Virus record (IMG/VR): IMGVR_UViG_3300025653_000141
Coordinates: 1 to 32,646 of that record
Reading direction: 5' to 3' (one strand)
Length of the DNA: 32,646 nt
Source: a virus
Taxonomy: Duplodnaviria; Caudoviricetes
Shown: one piece after another, positions 4,697 through 19,300 of the stretch
How positions within the stretch are numbered: position 1 is the stretch's first letter
Layout of the letters: each line of letters begins with the position of its first letter
The notes under the pieces: generated by a model
Seen by the model: only the letters and a program-made list of their open reading frames with translations
Told to the model about the DNA's origin: nothing
The model's database searches: none
Position numbers and translations under genes: made by a program

Positions 4697-4703
4697 ATAA
4701 ATA
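4697..4703 (+). promoter_or_regulatory. T4-type late promoter
   Basis: Intergenic ATAAATA immediately after the terminator. Confidence 0.6.
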
Positions 4704-4767
4704 CAATTTAGGGATAGAAACCCCTTAAAAAGTTCTGTTTTGTCAAAAAAGACCAAACAGGAGCAAA

Positions 4768-5016
4768 ATGTACTACAAACAAGTAGACAGGGATGTCAAT
4801 TACATGTACGAAATGTGGGGAACAACCAAATTAATCACTGATTATTGGTCACTTCCGCAACAATCCAATGATCCAGAAGAATTTACAACCGAAGAATTAG
4901 AAAAACAACCGCATAATCTTAAAATACAGTCAGAATTGCATCAAAAAATAAGAAATGATGACGATTATGATGACTGGTCGTATGGAACGGAACCAAATTA
5001 TGGGGTTTCCTGGTAA
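4768..5016 (+). CDS. cyanophage hypothetical protein (82 aa)
   Basis: AGGAG at 4759-4763, late promoter upstream, acidic C-terminus DDDYDDW. Confidence 0.8.
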   Translation: MYYKQVDRDVNYMYEMWGTTKLITDYWSLPQQSNDPEEFTTEELEKQPHNLKIQSELHQKIRNDDDYDDWSYGTEPNYGVSW

Positions 5017-5021
5017 GACTC

Positions 5022-5028
5022 ATAAATA
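5022..5028 (+). promoter_or_regulatory. T4-type late promoter
   Basis: Intergenic ATAAATA 23 nt before gp25. Confidence 0.7.
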
Positions 5029-5051
5029 AATGCAGAAAAAAGTCCTTTCCA

Positions 5052-5453
5052 ATGGCAATCAAAAGGGTATCGAGAACATTCAAAGACATTAGTTTATCAT
5101 TTGAACCTCATCCTATTACTAAAGATTTGCCCATTTTGAAAAATGAACGGGCAATCATTCGTTCTGTTCGAAATATTGTAGAAACTATTCCTACAGAAAG
5201 GTTTTTTAATCCAAATTTTGGTAGTGATGTAAGATCTTCACTATTTGCGACTGTTGATTATGCAACAATTGCAATTATTGAAGATCAAATCATTACAGCG
5301 ATTAAAAACTATGAATCGAGAGTTGAAAATATAAGAGTTAGTGTGAACCCACTTTATGATGATAATACTCTTGAAGTTGAAGTAATTTTTAATATTATTG
5401 GGCAGGACTTTCCAACACAAGAGTTTACATTTATTCTAGAGGCAACGAGATAA
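5052..5453 (+). CDS. gp25: baseplate wedge subunit gp25
   Basis: FKDISLSF, AIIRSVRNIVETIPTERFFNPNFGS and IKNYESRV are the GPW/gp25 signature. Sits directly before gp6. Confidence 0.95.
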   Translation: MAIKRVSRTFKDISLSFEPHPITKDLPILKNERAIIRSVRNIVETIPTERFFNPNFGSDVRSSLFATVDYATIAIIEDQIITAIKNYESRVENIRVSVNPLYDDNTLEVEVIFNIIGQDFPTQEFTFILEATR

Positions 5454-5454
5454 A

Positions 5455-7374
5455 ATGCCTTTTACAAATTATACAAATCTAGATTTTGATCAAATAAAAA
5501 CTTCGATCAAAGATTACCTTCGGGCAAATTCAAACTTTACAGATTTTGATTTTGAAGGATCTAATTTTTCAGTATTAATTGATGTACTTGCATATAATAC
5601 GTACATCAATGCATTTAATACTAATTTATCTGTAAATGAAGTTTTTCTAGATTCTGCAACAGTACGAGAGAACGTAGTTTCTTTAGCTAGAAATATAGGA
5701 TATGTTCCAAGATCAAGGAAATCTTCAACGGCAGTAGTTTCTTTTAATATTGAAACTGAAGAGACGGGTCTATTATATCTCCAACCAGATTTAGCATGTA
5801 TTGGATCAACCAAAGATTCATCATACATATTTTCAATTACCGATGAGGTATCTGCAACTATTAATGATGGTATAGCATCATTTGATAATCTAACAATCTA
5901 TCAAGGAAGACACATAAAGCATACCTTTACGGTTGATGCTTCGTTAGATCAGAGATTTATTTTACCAAATCCATATATTGATACATCCACAATTAGAACT
6001 TATATTAAAGGTCCAAATGACACTGGAACTGGCAAAAAATATTCATTAGTAGATAACATTGTATCTGTTAACCAAGATTCTGAAATCTTTTTAATTCAAG
6101 AAGTAAAAGATGAAAAATATGAACTATTATTTGGTGATGGTGTAATTGGCAAAAAACTTGAAAATGGTAGTGAAATTACAGTTCATTATATAGTAACTGA
6201 TGGTCGCGATGGTAATGGTGCATCACAATTTTCGTTCGCAGGATCTCTCAAAAACTCCAATGGTGTGCTGACAGTACCAGAGAATAGTACCGTCACTGTA
6301 ACCACCTTACAGGAGTCTAGAAACGGTGCAGAGGTGGAATCTATAGAGTCAATCAAACATTATGCACCAAGGATCTATTCTTCTCAGTATAGAGCAGTAA
6401 CTGCAAATGATTATGAATCTATAATTAAAACAGAGATCTATCCAAATGCAGATATTATCACTGTAGTTGGTGGAGAAGAACTAAATCCACCAGAATATGG
6501 TTCTGTAACAATATCAATCAAACCAAAGAATGGTTTATATGTATCAGATTTTGATAAAAATCAAATACTATCAAAATTAAAGAAATATTCTATTACTGGC
6601 ATCAATCAAAAAATAGTTGATATCAAAGTACTTTATATTGAATTGGATTCTTCAGTCTATTATAATGAATCAAAATCATCTTCACCACTAGCATTAAAAA
6701 CAAAAATACAAAAATCACTTACTACTCTTTCGGATTCTTTATACTCAACAAAAATAGGTGGAAGATTTAAGTATAGTAAAGTGATTAATTTAATAGACGA
6801 TTCAGATTATTCAATTACATCGAATATTACCAAGGTTATTATAAGAAGAAATCTGAATGTATTATTAAATCAATTTGCAGAATATGAACTATGTTATGGA
6901 AATAAGTTCCATGTTAATAGTGAAGGTTACAATATTAAATCAACTGGTTTTAAAATTCCATCACAAAGCGGTTATCTGAATCCAAATAGTTATCTGTATT
7001 TTACAGATATACCAAACACCGATAAAAAAACTGGGGTTATTGCAGTAATTAAACCTGCAGAAGTTCCTGGAGATAAACCCAAAACAATTGTACAGTCTGC
7101 AGGAATTGTGAACTATGTTACTGGAGAAGTCAGACTAAATGCCATTAATATTACAGAAACTGAAAAACCTAATGGAATTGTAGAGATACAAGCTTTCCCA
7201 GAATCAAATGATGTTATAGGATTGAAAGATTTATATCTTTCATTGGATATTCAAAAAACTAAAATAAATATGGTTAAAGATGTGATTGCATCTGGAGAAA
7301 ATACTTCTGGTGTTCTTTTCACATCAGATTATTATAATTCAAGTTACTCTAACGGAAGTCTAATAAGGAATTAA
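5455..7374 (+). CDS. gp6: baseplate wedge subunit gp6
   Basis: LDFDQIK..FTDFDFEGSNFSVLIDVLAYNT, FLDSATVRENVVSLARNIGYVPRS, FGDGVIGK, QYRAVTANDY. Confidence 0.96.
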   Translation: MPFTNYTNLDFDQIKTSIKDYLRANSNFTDFDFEGSNFSVLIDVLAYNTYINAFNTNLSVNEVFLDSATVRENVVSLARNIGYVPRSRKSSTAVVSFNIETEETGLLYLQPDLACIGSTKDSSYIFSITDEVSATINDGIASFDNLTIYQGRHIKHTFTVDASLDQRFILPNPYIDTSTIRTYIKGPNDTGTGKKYSLVDNIVSVNQDSEIFLIQEVKDEKYELLFGDGVIGKKLENGSEITVHYIVTDGRDGNGASQFSFAGSLKNSNGVLTVPENSTVTVTTLQESRNGAEVESIESIKHYAPRIYSSQYRAVTANDYESIIKTEIYPNADIITVVGGEELNPPEYGSVTISIKPKNGLYVSDFDKNQILSKLKKYSITGINQKIVDIKVLYIELDSSVYYNESKSSSPLALKTKIQKSLTTLSDSLYSTKIGGRFKYSKVINLIDDSDYSITSNITKVIIRRNLNVLLNQFAEYELCYGNKFHVNSEGYNIKSTGFKIPSQSGYLNPNSYLYFTDIPNTDKKTGVIAVIKPAEVPGDKPKTIVQSAGIVNYVTGEVRLNAINITETEKPNGIVEIQAFPESNDVIGLKDLYLSLDIQKTKINMVKDVIASGENTSGVLFTSDYYNSSYSNGSLIRN

Positions 7375-7375
7375 T

Positions 7376-10300
7376 ATGATACAAGATAGTTTTGAAAATA
7401 AAGTTAAAGTTCAGGATATCATAAACAACCAAATACCTGAATTTATATCTTCTGAAAATCCAAAATTTTCAGAATTTTTAAAACAGTATTATATTTCTCA
7501 GGAAATACAAGGTGGAAACACTGACCTTGTTGAAAATCTTATTGAGTACATAAGATTAGATAATTTGAATTCAAATACACTAAACGATTCTAGTACTCTT
7601 AGTGCGTCTATTTCTAGTACTGATTCGACAATTTATGTATCTAGTACTAAAGGATTTCCCAAAAATTATGGATTAATCCAAATTGGATCTGAAATTATAA
7701 CATACAAATCAAAAACTAGTAGTAGTTTTGTAGATTGTATTAGGGGTTTTAGTGGTGTTGATCAATATCAACAAGAAATAAATTTCTCTTCTACAAATGC
7801 ATCTTCACATAATTCCGGAAGTAATGTAATCAATTTAAGTGTATTATTCCTAAAAGAATTTTATACCAAAATCAAATCTTCAATTTTACCTGAATTAGAT
7901 AGTACTAGTCTATATTCAGAGCTAAATGTTAATAACTTTTTAAAAAGCACAACCTCTCTTTATAGATCCAAAGGAAGTAAAGAATCGATTAAAATTCTTT
8001 TTAGAGGTTTATTCGGAATAACTCCACAAATTATTGATTTAGAAGCATATGTTATAAAAGCATCTAATGCAGACTATTTGAGAAGAAGAGAAGTTTTACT
8101 TGAACTATTATCAGATGGAAATCCATCTAATTTGGTCGGACAACAATTACAAAAAACAAATGATCCGTCAGTATTTGGTTCAATATCAGAACTAGAAATA
8201 TTTACTAGAAATAGTAGAACTTTTTATAAATGTTTACTATACATTGGATATGATAACTCACATATCGACTACATTGATGAATTTAAAGTAACTCCATCCA
8301 CAAAGGTAGTATCTGCAATTCTAAAAACTGACAATTCAAATACCATAAGTGTAGATTCTACCATAGGATTTCCACAATCTGGTAGTATTTTATATGGTTC
8401 CAATGAAATATTTTATACTGAAAAAAGTATAAATCAATTCTTCGGATGTAAAACCGATGGATATTCTCATATTAATTTAGACATACCAAAAACATCTATT
8501 ATACATTCCAATGATACTTATTTTGGTTATGAGGGTGGTGACACAAGTAAAAAGGTAGAATTTAGATTACTGGGCAATATTTCTGACACGATAATAAAAG
8601 ATACTGATGACAAAGATCATATACTAAGTGAAGACGAAGAGATTTTAGTTGGAAAATTGGGCAAAAATATCACTAATACTGATAATAATAATCTAACACA
8701 AATTTTTTCCAATAGTTTTCAATATAATACAAGTGTAAGAATTAGGTTATCCTATTTTAACAAAAATGGATCTACGGCAAGAACTCAAACGCTCTTAGAC
8801 AAAAGTTTTTTGAAAGTAGGTGATACTGTAGAATTCCTAGAAAGAAACACTGAAATTTTAAATTCACAATTGACAGACGTAGAAATTGTTGCAATTGATG
8901 GTCAAGAAATAACATTTTCAAGTAATCTTTCTACATTAAGTAATCTAAAAGAGTATGATATTCGCAGAAAATTAGATATTAGTAACAGTGGTGCTGTTCC
9001 GCTAGCCTTTGATAACATTACTACTAATATTTCAAACGTGTATGTAGAAGATGATTATAATTTTTATGTTGCATCAAATTCTTTGCCTTCATATTCAATC
9101 ACAAAAGATGTAACAAAATCAACTGCTAGTGCATTTAAAAATTATGTAACTTTACAAGAAAAATATTCAACCATAGAACTATCAAACACTTCATCATTTG
9201 TAGATGGAGATAAAGTATATTATTCATATACTGGTTCTTCTCCTATTGATGGTTTAAAGGAGGGTGAATATTTTGTAACAATTGAAAATAATAAAGATAT
9301 AAAATTGTATCTTTCAAAATCTGGTATACCTGCCAATGCTAATCTTTATTACGCCAGTTCTAGCGCAGATTTACCATCTGGAACTCACACCTTTACGTTG
9401 AGTTCTCAAAAAACTTCTGACGATAAATTGCATCCGGCAAAATTACTCAAAAAAATAAATTTAAATAAAAATTATTCTGAAGGTGGAAGTGATGATATTG
9501 GATCAAATACTATAGGAATTCTTGCAAATGGTGTAGAAATACTTAGTTCTAAGTCTGTAGATAAAATCTATTATGGACCATTAGAAAGGGTAAAAGTAAT
9601 AAATCCTGGTTCTGGTTATGATGTAATTAATCCTCCAGTTATCAATATTGAAGGAACTGCAAAAATACAACCAGTAGTACAAGGATCTATCGACAAGGTT
9701 TTTGTCGATCCTGTTTATTTCGATATTGAAGAACCAGTCTCAATTAAAATATCTGGTGGCAATGGAAAAAATGCTAGTTTAAAACCAGTATTAAAATATA
9801 AAACTAGAGAATTACTATTTAATGCAAGAGCATTGGATGATGGTGGTGGATTAAGTTATGATGATGAGACTATTACATTTTTGTCTGATCATAATCTTTA
9901 TGAGGGACAAAAAATAATTTATAGTATTAATGAATTAGTAAATGAAAAGATTGGCATTTCTACATATGAAGGTCCTAATGTAAAAACTGGATATCTTGCA
10001 AACAATCAATCTTTCTATGTTGATGTAATAAATTCAAAGACTGTAAAACTTTATCCAACTATTCAAGATTATACTGTAGGAATAAACACAGTTGGTTTTT
10101 CAACAGAAGGTAATTTTGGCATACATAAATTTAGAACTGAGTCAAAAAGAACATTAGATTCAGTATCAGTTTTAAATCCTGGTGATGGTTTTACCAATAG
10201 AAAATTAATAGTTAAACAAAGTGGCATTTCTACAGTAAATGATAGTATCAATTTTAAAAACCATGGATTCTTATCTGGCGAAATAGTAACTTATAATTAT

Positions 10301-13300
10301 CAGACTTCTGTAATTAGTGGTTTATCAACATCAAATCAATACTATGTCTTAAAAATAGATAATGATTCATTTAGACTATGCAATGCTGGTGTTGGTGGGA
10401 CAGATACTAGTTATTATGATAGAGAAAAATACGTTTCTATCGAATCAACAGGGTCTGGATATCAGTACTTTAATTATCCGAATATAAGTGTAGAAGTTAG
10501 TTATATCTCTGGTGGTAATCCACAATTAAGTAATATTTCCTGTACTCCGGTTATAAAGGGATCTATCATTGATAGTTATCTTTATGAAGGAGGAAGTAAC
10601 TATGGATCAACAGTATTGAATGTAGAAGTTTCACCATCTGTAAGTATCTTACAGGGACAAGAAGCTTCTTTATCTCCAATTATAAGTGGTGGTAAAATTG
10701 AAAAAGTTATCGTTTCATATGGTGGATTTAATTTTTATTCTATACCTGATTTAGTTGTCAAGAGTTCCACCGGAATTGGTGCAGTATTGAGAGCTGAAAT
10801 ATCTGATGGAAAAATAACTAATGTTGTTGTAATTGATGGTGGATATAATTATACTAGTGCTGATACTATCATAACAACTTCCTTCGATGGTAAAAATGCT
10901 CTTTTAAATCCAAAAGTTAGGGCATTAACAGTAGATAATTGCTATAAGTATGGTACCCAATATTCGGATCGTAGAGATCCATCACTTGAGTTTATATACA
11001 AGAACTTAAATAATCAACTCCAATACGTAGTCTGTGGTTATTCTGATTTATTAAAATCAACATTCAATGAATCATCTGATAATCATTCTCCAATAATTGG
11101 GTGGGCTTATGATGGAAATCCAATTTATGGTCCATATGGATATACAGATCCAGAAAAAGTTTCACAAATAAAACAATTAAAATCTGGATATACTAAAAAT
11201 ATTAGCAATATTACAAATAGACCATCTGGGTTTGAACTTGGGTATTTTATTGGGGATTATAAATTTGATAATTCTGGAGATTTAGATATTTACAATGGAA
11301 GATGGTGTAAAACACCAGAATTCCCTGAGGGAACATATGCATATTTTTCATCAGTAGATATTAACCCAAATAATGAAATTATTGGAAGATATCCATATTT
11401 TATTGCCAATAATTATAGATCAAAGAGTGTAGAAATTAACAAGAATAATAGATTAAATCAATCTTTTGATTTTGAAAGTGTCTCTTTATTGAGAAATACT
11501 TTCCCATATGGAACATATGACGAGTATTCAACCTATGATTTTTATCCAAGTAAAGACAATTTACTAAATCAGCAATGTAAAATCACAAGTATCACAAAAG
11601 GTGGTATTGAATCGGTAGAAATACTTTCTTCTGGAGATGGATTTAAAGTAAATGATGAGATATATTTTGATACTGACTCTTCTAATGGCGGTTATGGTTT
11701 AGAGACAAAGGTTTCTAGGATTAAAGGGCAAAGTATTACTAGTATAGACAATAGTTCTAAAGTCTATCTAAACGCTAAAATATATCCAAATTTTGCAAAT
11801 AATGCAAGTATTGTTATTAATCCTAGTCATGAAATAAAAAATAATACTAAAGTAACTGTATCTGGTCTAACAAGTTCTTTTGCACCACTTAATGGTGATT
11901 ACTTTGCCAAAGTAAAAACACACTATACTAATCTAGATGGTTCTATACCGACATATTCTGCCGGAATTGTAACTGACATACAATTATTATCATATCCAAA
12001 TTTAGTTTCTATTGGAAGTTCTCTTAAGATTAAAACTGTAAGTTCTACAACATATGATCAATATTTCACTATTTTAAATTATTATGAAGGTGAGGGTATT
12101 GTAAGATGTAAAAAAACTGGAAATTCTGGATTAAGTACTGATAGATCACTAGTAGAATTTTTACCAAATTCATTTGATATTGATTCAAAATCTGAGGCAT
12201 TTAATTTAAAACCAAATTATAAGAGATATTTTAACCCACAACATTCTGTTGGTGTGGGAACTTTACCTGGATCTTATTTTACAAGGTCATTTTATGTTGG
12301 AAATAATTATATAACCAAGGATATTCCAACACAAAGTATTTACATCCCAAATCATGGATTAAAAACTGGACAAAAAGTTCTTCTTGAGCGCCCTTCTTCT
12401 GGAGCAGCCTCTCTATTAGTGGGCAATGATCCTTATGTCACATTTACATTATTAAGTTCAACTGAAGAAGAAGTATACATTATTAATAAATCTGATGATT
12501 ATATTGGAATTGTAACTGCTGTAGGTCTTACAACAACATCCAATGGATTGTATTTCCCCAATAATGCATTTGCTGGAAGTGATAATTTTGAATATACGAT
12601 TAATACTTTGTATGATGAATATCTATGTAGAATAGATCAAAGTGTAGCAACAGTTTCAATATCAACATACCATAACTTGAAAGATAATGATCTAATAAAT
12701 TTAGAGGTTATTCCTAGTCAAAATATTGGAATAGGTAATAGTGATTATATTAATCTAAAATATATTTCCAATATTGATGCCATATCAGTAAAAGAATTAT
12801 CTTTTACTCCATCTGATGTGGATATTAGTCAAAATAGTATAAGCATTACAAATCATGGATTAGTAAGTGGAGATAAGGTATATTATATTTCAACATCTAC
12901 TCCATCCGGAATAAGTTCTAGTGTATATTATGTCAATAAAATTAATGTCGATACTATAAAATTATCAGAAACATTCAAAGATTCTACCAATAAACCAGCA
13001 AGAACTGTTAATATTTCTTCTCAGGGAATAGGTACACAAGCATTATCTCTAATTCAACCAGAAATTCATATAATAGGTAGAAACAATTTAGTATTTGACT
13101 TAAGCGACTCCTCTTTGGAAGGATATAATTTTAATATTTACTACGATAGTGACTTTAAAAATGAGTTTGTTTCCTCAGCATCAACCAATACAGTAAGTAC
13201 ATTCTCTGTTATTGGCATTGGGACAGTTGGTGTATCAACAAATGCATCATTAACATTGAAATATGACCAAAATAATCCAAATAATTTTTACTATACCCTT

Positions 13301-16300
13301 GTAGATTCTTCTTTAGATAAAATCAACTCACTAGTTGATAGTAATAGTCCATCAAAAATATCATATCTTAGCAGTAATTATTCAGGAACCTATAGTATTT
13401 TTAATGCTCAAGATGAAACATTTGATGTTTATCTAAATGAGATTCCTGAGAAAAATTATTATGAACAAAATGATTGCCATACATTAAAATATACAACAAA
13501 TTCTACAAATGCAATTGGTGCTGTAGAAAAGATTTCTGTTACAAATCAAGGAGATCTTTATAGTGATTTGCCATACTACTCCAAAACAAATTCTGCAAAT
13601 GGTAAAAATTTATCAGTTTTAGCAAAATCAAGTAAAATTGGTAAACTTATATCAAAGCAAATTTTAAACAGTGGGTTTGAATATTCTCTAGATCCAACAC
13701 TAAATCCATCTTTAAACTCTTCACAGAATTGTTATTTTAAAGATTCATACTATTTGAAACAAGTTAAAGTGTTAGATGGAGGTAAAAATTATCCATCTCC
13801 ACCAACACTATTGCTCATTGATAGTACCACAAAGAAAGAAGTTGGAGGTGGATTAATAACACCGATTATGTCAGGATCTGGTACTGGAAATGCTAGTATA
13901 TCTGAGGTAAATATTGAAGTTACTCCACAAGGATTATCAGTTACACCTACAACTGTTGTTGCCGTCAATAATTCTAATGGTATAAGAATTGATAGAGTTA
14001 CTTCCAGCACATCTGGAATAATGACTTGTATTTTGAAAACCCCAATTTTAGGATTTGCTGAAGATCCATTTGCAGAAGGCGATAAAGTTTTTATTGAAAA
14101 TATTGATATTTTAGATGGAACTGGTATTGGATTTAATTCAAAAGATCATGGTTATAGTTTCTTTGATGTAATTAGTTATACTGCAGATTCAGATCCTGGT
14201 GAAATGGTAATTAAAATACCAACATTATATGGAAATCCAGGTATAGCAGTAACATTCCAAATTGATACTTTTGCATCCATTATTAAAAGTGATAATTATC
14301 CTACATTTAAAGTAACTCAAGATCTTGGTATCTTTATTGACGGTGAGGGAATTTCAATAGTTCAAACTGATGGTAGTGTAGTTGAAACTGATTTAGTAGT
14401 TAAAAAATCTACAAAGAATTATTTAAAATTATTTGGTGATTTTGAGATCTCCAAAGATACTAAGATTAGAGGAACTGTCTCTGGATCAATAGCTACCATT
14501 TATAAAATAACAAATGTGGATGGTAAATATGATGTTTCTGGCACAAGACTTGTAGAATATGGATGGAAATCTGATTCTGGTAAATTAAACTTAGATACAC
14601 AATTTATTCCAGATAATGACTACTATCAAAATCTCTCATACACAATAAAGAGTGAAAAGACATGGGAAGAAATAAAAACTCCAGTAAATTCAATTGTACA
14701 TCCAATAGGAACCAAAAACTTTGCCGATACTCAAATTCAAGGAAAAGTATCTAATATAGTTGGAATTGGAACAACATCAGAATCAACACTCGATATTATA
14801 CAGATATTATCATCACAATCTAGAGTTGATACAATTAAAAATTATGACATTGTAAGAGATTATGATCCAACATCAACATCCTCGAAATTTGTGGAATTTG
14901 CTAATGTACAACTTTCCGATTTCTTTGGTTCATCAACAAATAGAGTTTTAAACATTGATAACATTAGTCCCCTATTTTCAAGTTCTGATGATGAAAACTT
15001 GTTAAGCAAAGCACCCATAAAGGTACTGTCTCCAGATTTATCATACTATAAATTACTTGTTCAAATAAAAAGTACTCAAACCAATATTGATGCTGGTATT
15101 AATCATATTCAATTATCCGAAATTGTAACTATACATGATGGAATAGATACTGCATATTTCCTAGAAAAAACAGTATATTCGAATAAACTTGTTGGTGATG
15201 CACAACAATCTTATGGTGCAGTTGGAATAGAAGCTGATGAATATAAAAATTATTCTGTAGTATTCTATCCAGAAAATCCTTTTGATTATGATTATGAAAT
15301 TAAAGTATTAGAAACTACACAAACTCCATCAAATATTACCACTGAAGATTATTTAAATTTACTATCATCTATAATTCTAAGCGATACTACCGTATTTAAA
15401 ACTACTGATAGTAGTAAAAACATATTATCTTTAGACTCTAGCATTTACAATTGCTTTGTGACAGAATCTCATGTTGTTGATAGAACCAATAATACATCAA
15501 AATATGTTGAACTATTTGGAATTTATAGTGGTACAGGAACAGGTGTAGTACTATCAGAATTTAGTTATTCTGCAGATAATAATGATCTATCGTCAATGTC
15601 TGGAATAGGTACCTTTAATGCGACGATTGATGGAAGCAGCAATTTAATCCTATCATTTGAAAATTATACTAATAGTGAATTAAACATAAAAACAAAATCT
15701 TATATCTTTGGAGATTCTACTTTAGGAATATCCACATATAAATTTAAATCCTACTTGCAAGATGATGATTCTGTAAGAACAGTAAGAATAGACACTCCAT
15801 CGTCTCAGACTGGAACTTCTTCTGGTATTGTTACTGTCAGAGAATATGATTCTGTATTGTTTAGTTCTGTAAAAACATTAGCAAGAGTTAGTATTGGAAA
15901 TACAGTATCCTTACACCAAGTTGTAACTTTGCATGATGGTAATAATTCATTCATAACTGAGGCACCATTAGTAACCATAGGATCATCAATAGGTGCATTT
16001 AGATCATCATTATCTAATAATAATCTATGCTTAGAATTTGAAAGAAACTCGAATTATGAGACTTCAGATATAAGCATCTCACAAATAGATTATTCATTCT
16101 ATAGTTTCTTAGATGAAATTAATATACCTCTCGAATTGAATATTTCTAACTTAGTAGAAACTCAGTCTATTGCAAGATATTATGGACTTAATTCACCAAA
16201 TATTAATAGATTAAGTTTCCCACTGCTATACAATAAAACTCCAATTTTTGCTAAGAAATTTAATCCAAATAATGAGAACATTTTAAATCCAGATACTGGT

Positions 16301-19300
16301 GTCTTTACTATAAATGATCACTTCTTTAATACTGGTGAAAGATTAATTTATAGACCAAACTCCACATTTACTGGCATTGGATATAGTTCAATGCATATTC
16401 AAGCATCAACAGACATCTCTGGAGTAACTACTACAATTTTACCTAGCGATGTTTTTGCAATAAGAATTGATAATAGTAAGTTTAAATTAGCATCCAATTA
16501 TAGCAATGCAAATCTTGGAATTGGAGTTACATTTACATATTTTGGTCTTGGAAATAGTCATGAACTTGAGATGTATAAAAAGAATGAAAAATCATTAATT
16601 ACAATTAATGATTTAGTTCAATATCCACTAGCATATACTGGTATAGCACATTCATTATCTGACACTGATGGTAATGTTGGGTATGCAGATAGTTTCTTCA
16701 ATTTAAGTGGAATAAGTTCTATCTCACCAATTGATATATTAAAAATTGATGATGAGTATGTAAAAGTTCTTAATGTTGGAATAGGAACTACCTCTGGTGT
16801 AATATCTTATCTTGATGGCGATTTTAACATAGTTGAAGTTGAGAGAGGATTCTTTGGAAGTATAGCAACATCACACACAAATCAAACTAAAGTTGATATC
16901 TACAGAGGTTCTTACAATATAAATGGTGAAAACATTTACTTTACATCACCCCCAAGAGGAAATATTGGGGACCTTGTAAGTAGAGATGAAAGAAATCTAT
17001 TCTACCCCAGAGCAACATTTGGTGGAAGAGTGTTCTTGAGAAAAGATTATAGTACTAATCAGGTATTTGATGATATATCAAATAATTTTGATGGAAAAAC
17101 TACAGATTTCAATATTACAAGATTGGGCGTATCTACGATAGGAATATCCACAGTAACTCAAGGTGGAAATGGTGTGGTTTTCATTAATGGAATATTCCAA
17201 ACACCACTTACTGAGAATATTGTTGATTATAATTTCAATATGATTCAGGATTCAAATGCTGGAGTTACAACTTTAAGATTTAGTGGATTAAGAGATGCTT
17301 CTGATGATAGTCTTACAATTTCGGAGTCTGATGTTAATCAAAATCAACTACCAAGGGGTGGAATTATAGTATCTTTAGGATCAACTTCTGGACTTGGATA
17401 TGCTCCTCTTGAGGGTGCTAGAGTTCACTTCAATGTTGATGTAAATGGAGTAATTCAAAACCCAGTTGTTTCCGCTGCAACCACTGGTAAGGAAATTGGA
17501 TTTAGTACAGTATCATATAATAACCAAACTGGTGTACTATCTGTAAAATCTACAACTTCTGATGTCTATAAAATAAAAGAAGTAGATTCAAATCAAGTTA
17601 AATTGGTTGGATTGGCATTTACTTGTAACAGTAATCCTGGAGTTACATCTTATTTCCCATCTCACAACGATCCTTTTGATATTATTGGCATAGGAACAGA
17701 TTCATTTACTCTTAATGTTGGTATTAGTACTCTTGAACATTATTATGTTGGTTTTGGTACCGCATACGTCTGGTTAGATAATTTAACTTTTGGTTCTGGT
17801 TATAAGAATCCATTATCATATGCAATTAGAGATGCTGCTGGAGATTATGTACACAAATTTGTCAGCGCCGATGAAGATGCAGTATATAATGGATCTGATA
17901 CATATGAACCAGTATTTGCAGAGTATAATCCAAAGACTGGAAGTTTATTGTTGAGTATAGAGGATCATGGATTAACTGATAGTGATACTGTACAAATTAA
18001 AACAGGATCAATTATATTCACATGCTCATCTGATGGTGATGAGGTACAAATTGCATATCCAAGGGCAACAGATCCCGTTGCTGGAATTGCAACAGATATT
18101 ACCGCATACACTACAAACAGTATAACTGTAAATGTTGGTTCGATGATTGGATCTGGTGCAAATCTAGACATTACTGTTGGTGCAGGTGGAACATTAGCAT
18201 TTAATGTTACTGATGGTGGAAGTGGATACGTGAGACCAGTTTTAGATTTAGAACCTCCAACATATGAAAATCTAGAAGTTATAGGAGTTTCTAGACTTTC
18301 TGTTGGTCTTACAACACAAACTGGAATAGGAATGCTTGTAAATGTTGAAGTTGGACCAGCAGCGGGAGTTTCTACTGATGGAACCGTTGGTATTGGGTCT
18401 ACATTATTTGAAGTATCCTCATTTGATGTGATAAGATCCGGATATTCATTTAGAAGAGGTGATGTTCTTACTGTGGTTGGTTTAGTTACTGCCTCAGGAT
18501 TATCTGAACCAGTAAATGAATTTAGATTATTTGTTTTAGACACATATTCTGACAATTTCTCATCTTGGCAATTTGGAGAATTGGATCTCATAGATTCAAT
18601 TAAACCTTATCAAAATGGATCTAGACAACAGTATCCATTATATTATAATGGTGATTTGATATCTTTCCAAAAAAATACTGACAATGTAGAATCTGAATCC
18701 ATTGATTTTAATTCTCTATTAGTGATATTTGTAAATGGAATATTGCAGGAACCAGGAGTTGCGTATGAATTTAATGGTGGAACTAGCTTTAGATTTTTAA
18801 CAGCACCAAAAGTTGAAGATGATGTTCAGGTGTATTTCTATGTTGGTACTTATGGGGAAGATTCTTCATTAGTTCTTGTAAATGAAAGTATTAAACCAGG
18901 AGATCAACTTCAAATTAAATCTGATAATGAATTATTATCAGAAACTACAACTCAAGATATTAGATTAGTTTATGATATAGTTTCTACAGATGTGGTGGAA
19001 ACAAATACTTATTTTGGTCAAGGTATTGATTCTCAGAATTTAAGACCTGTGGATTGGATTAAGCAAAAAGAAGACCTCGTTATTAATGAAATTTTCTATT
19101 CAAAATCTAGAGATTCTTTAGAACCACAAATTTATCCAACTGCGAAAGTGATAGGTGATTTTAGTAGTACCGATGGTACAATATACTTGGATAATGCAGA
19201 ATTCTTTGATTATGAAGGTACAGCATCAATAGATAAATTGGATCTTATTGTGGTTCCATATCAAGAATCTAATATTATTGGAATTATTACAGCAATTGTT

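Noticed and set aside
4709-4721. TAGGGATAGAAAC resembling the 3' end of a CRISPR repeat
   Set aside because: Single short copy, better explained as part of the leader hairpin.
1-5050. tRNA genes in the non-coding gaps
   Set aside because: No cloverleaf with a T-loop GTTCGA and acceptor stem found by eye. tRNAscan-SE would confirm.
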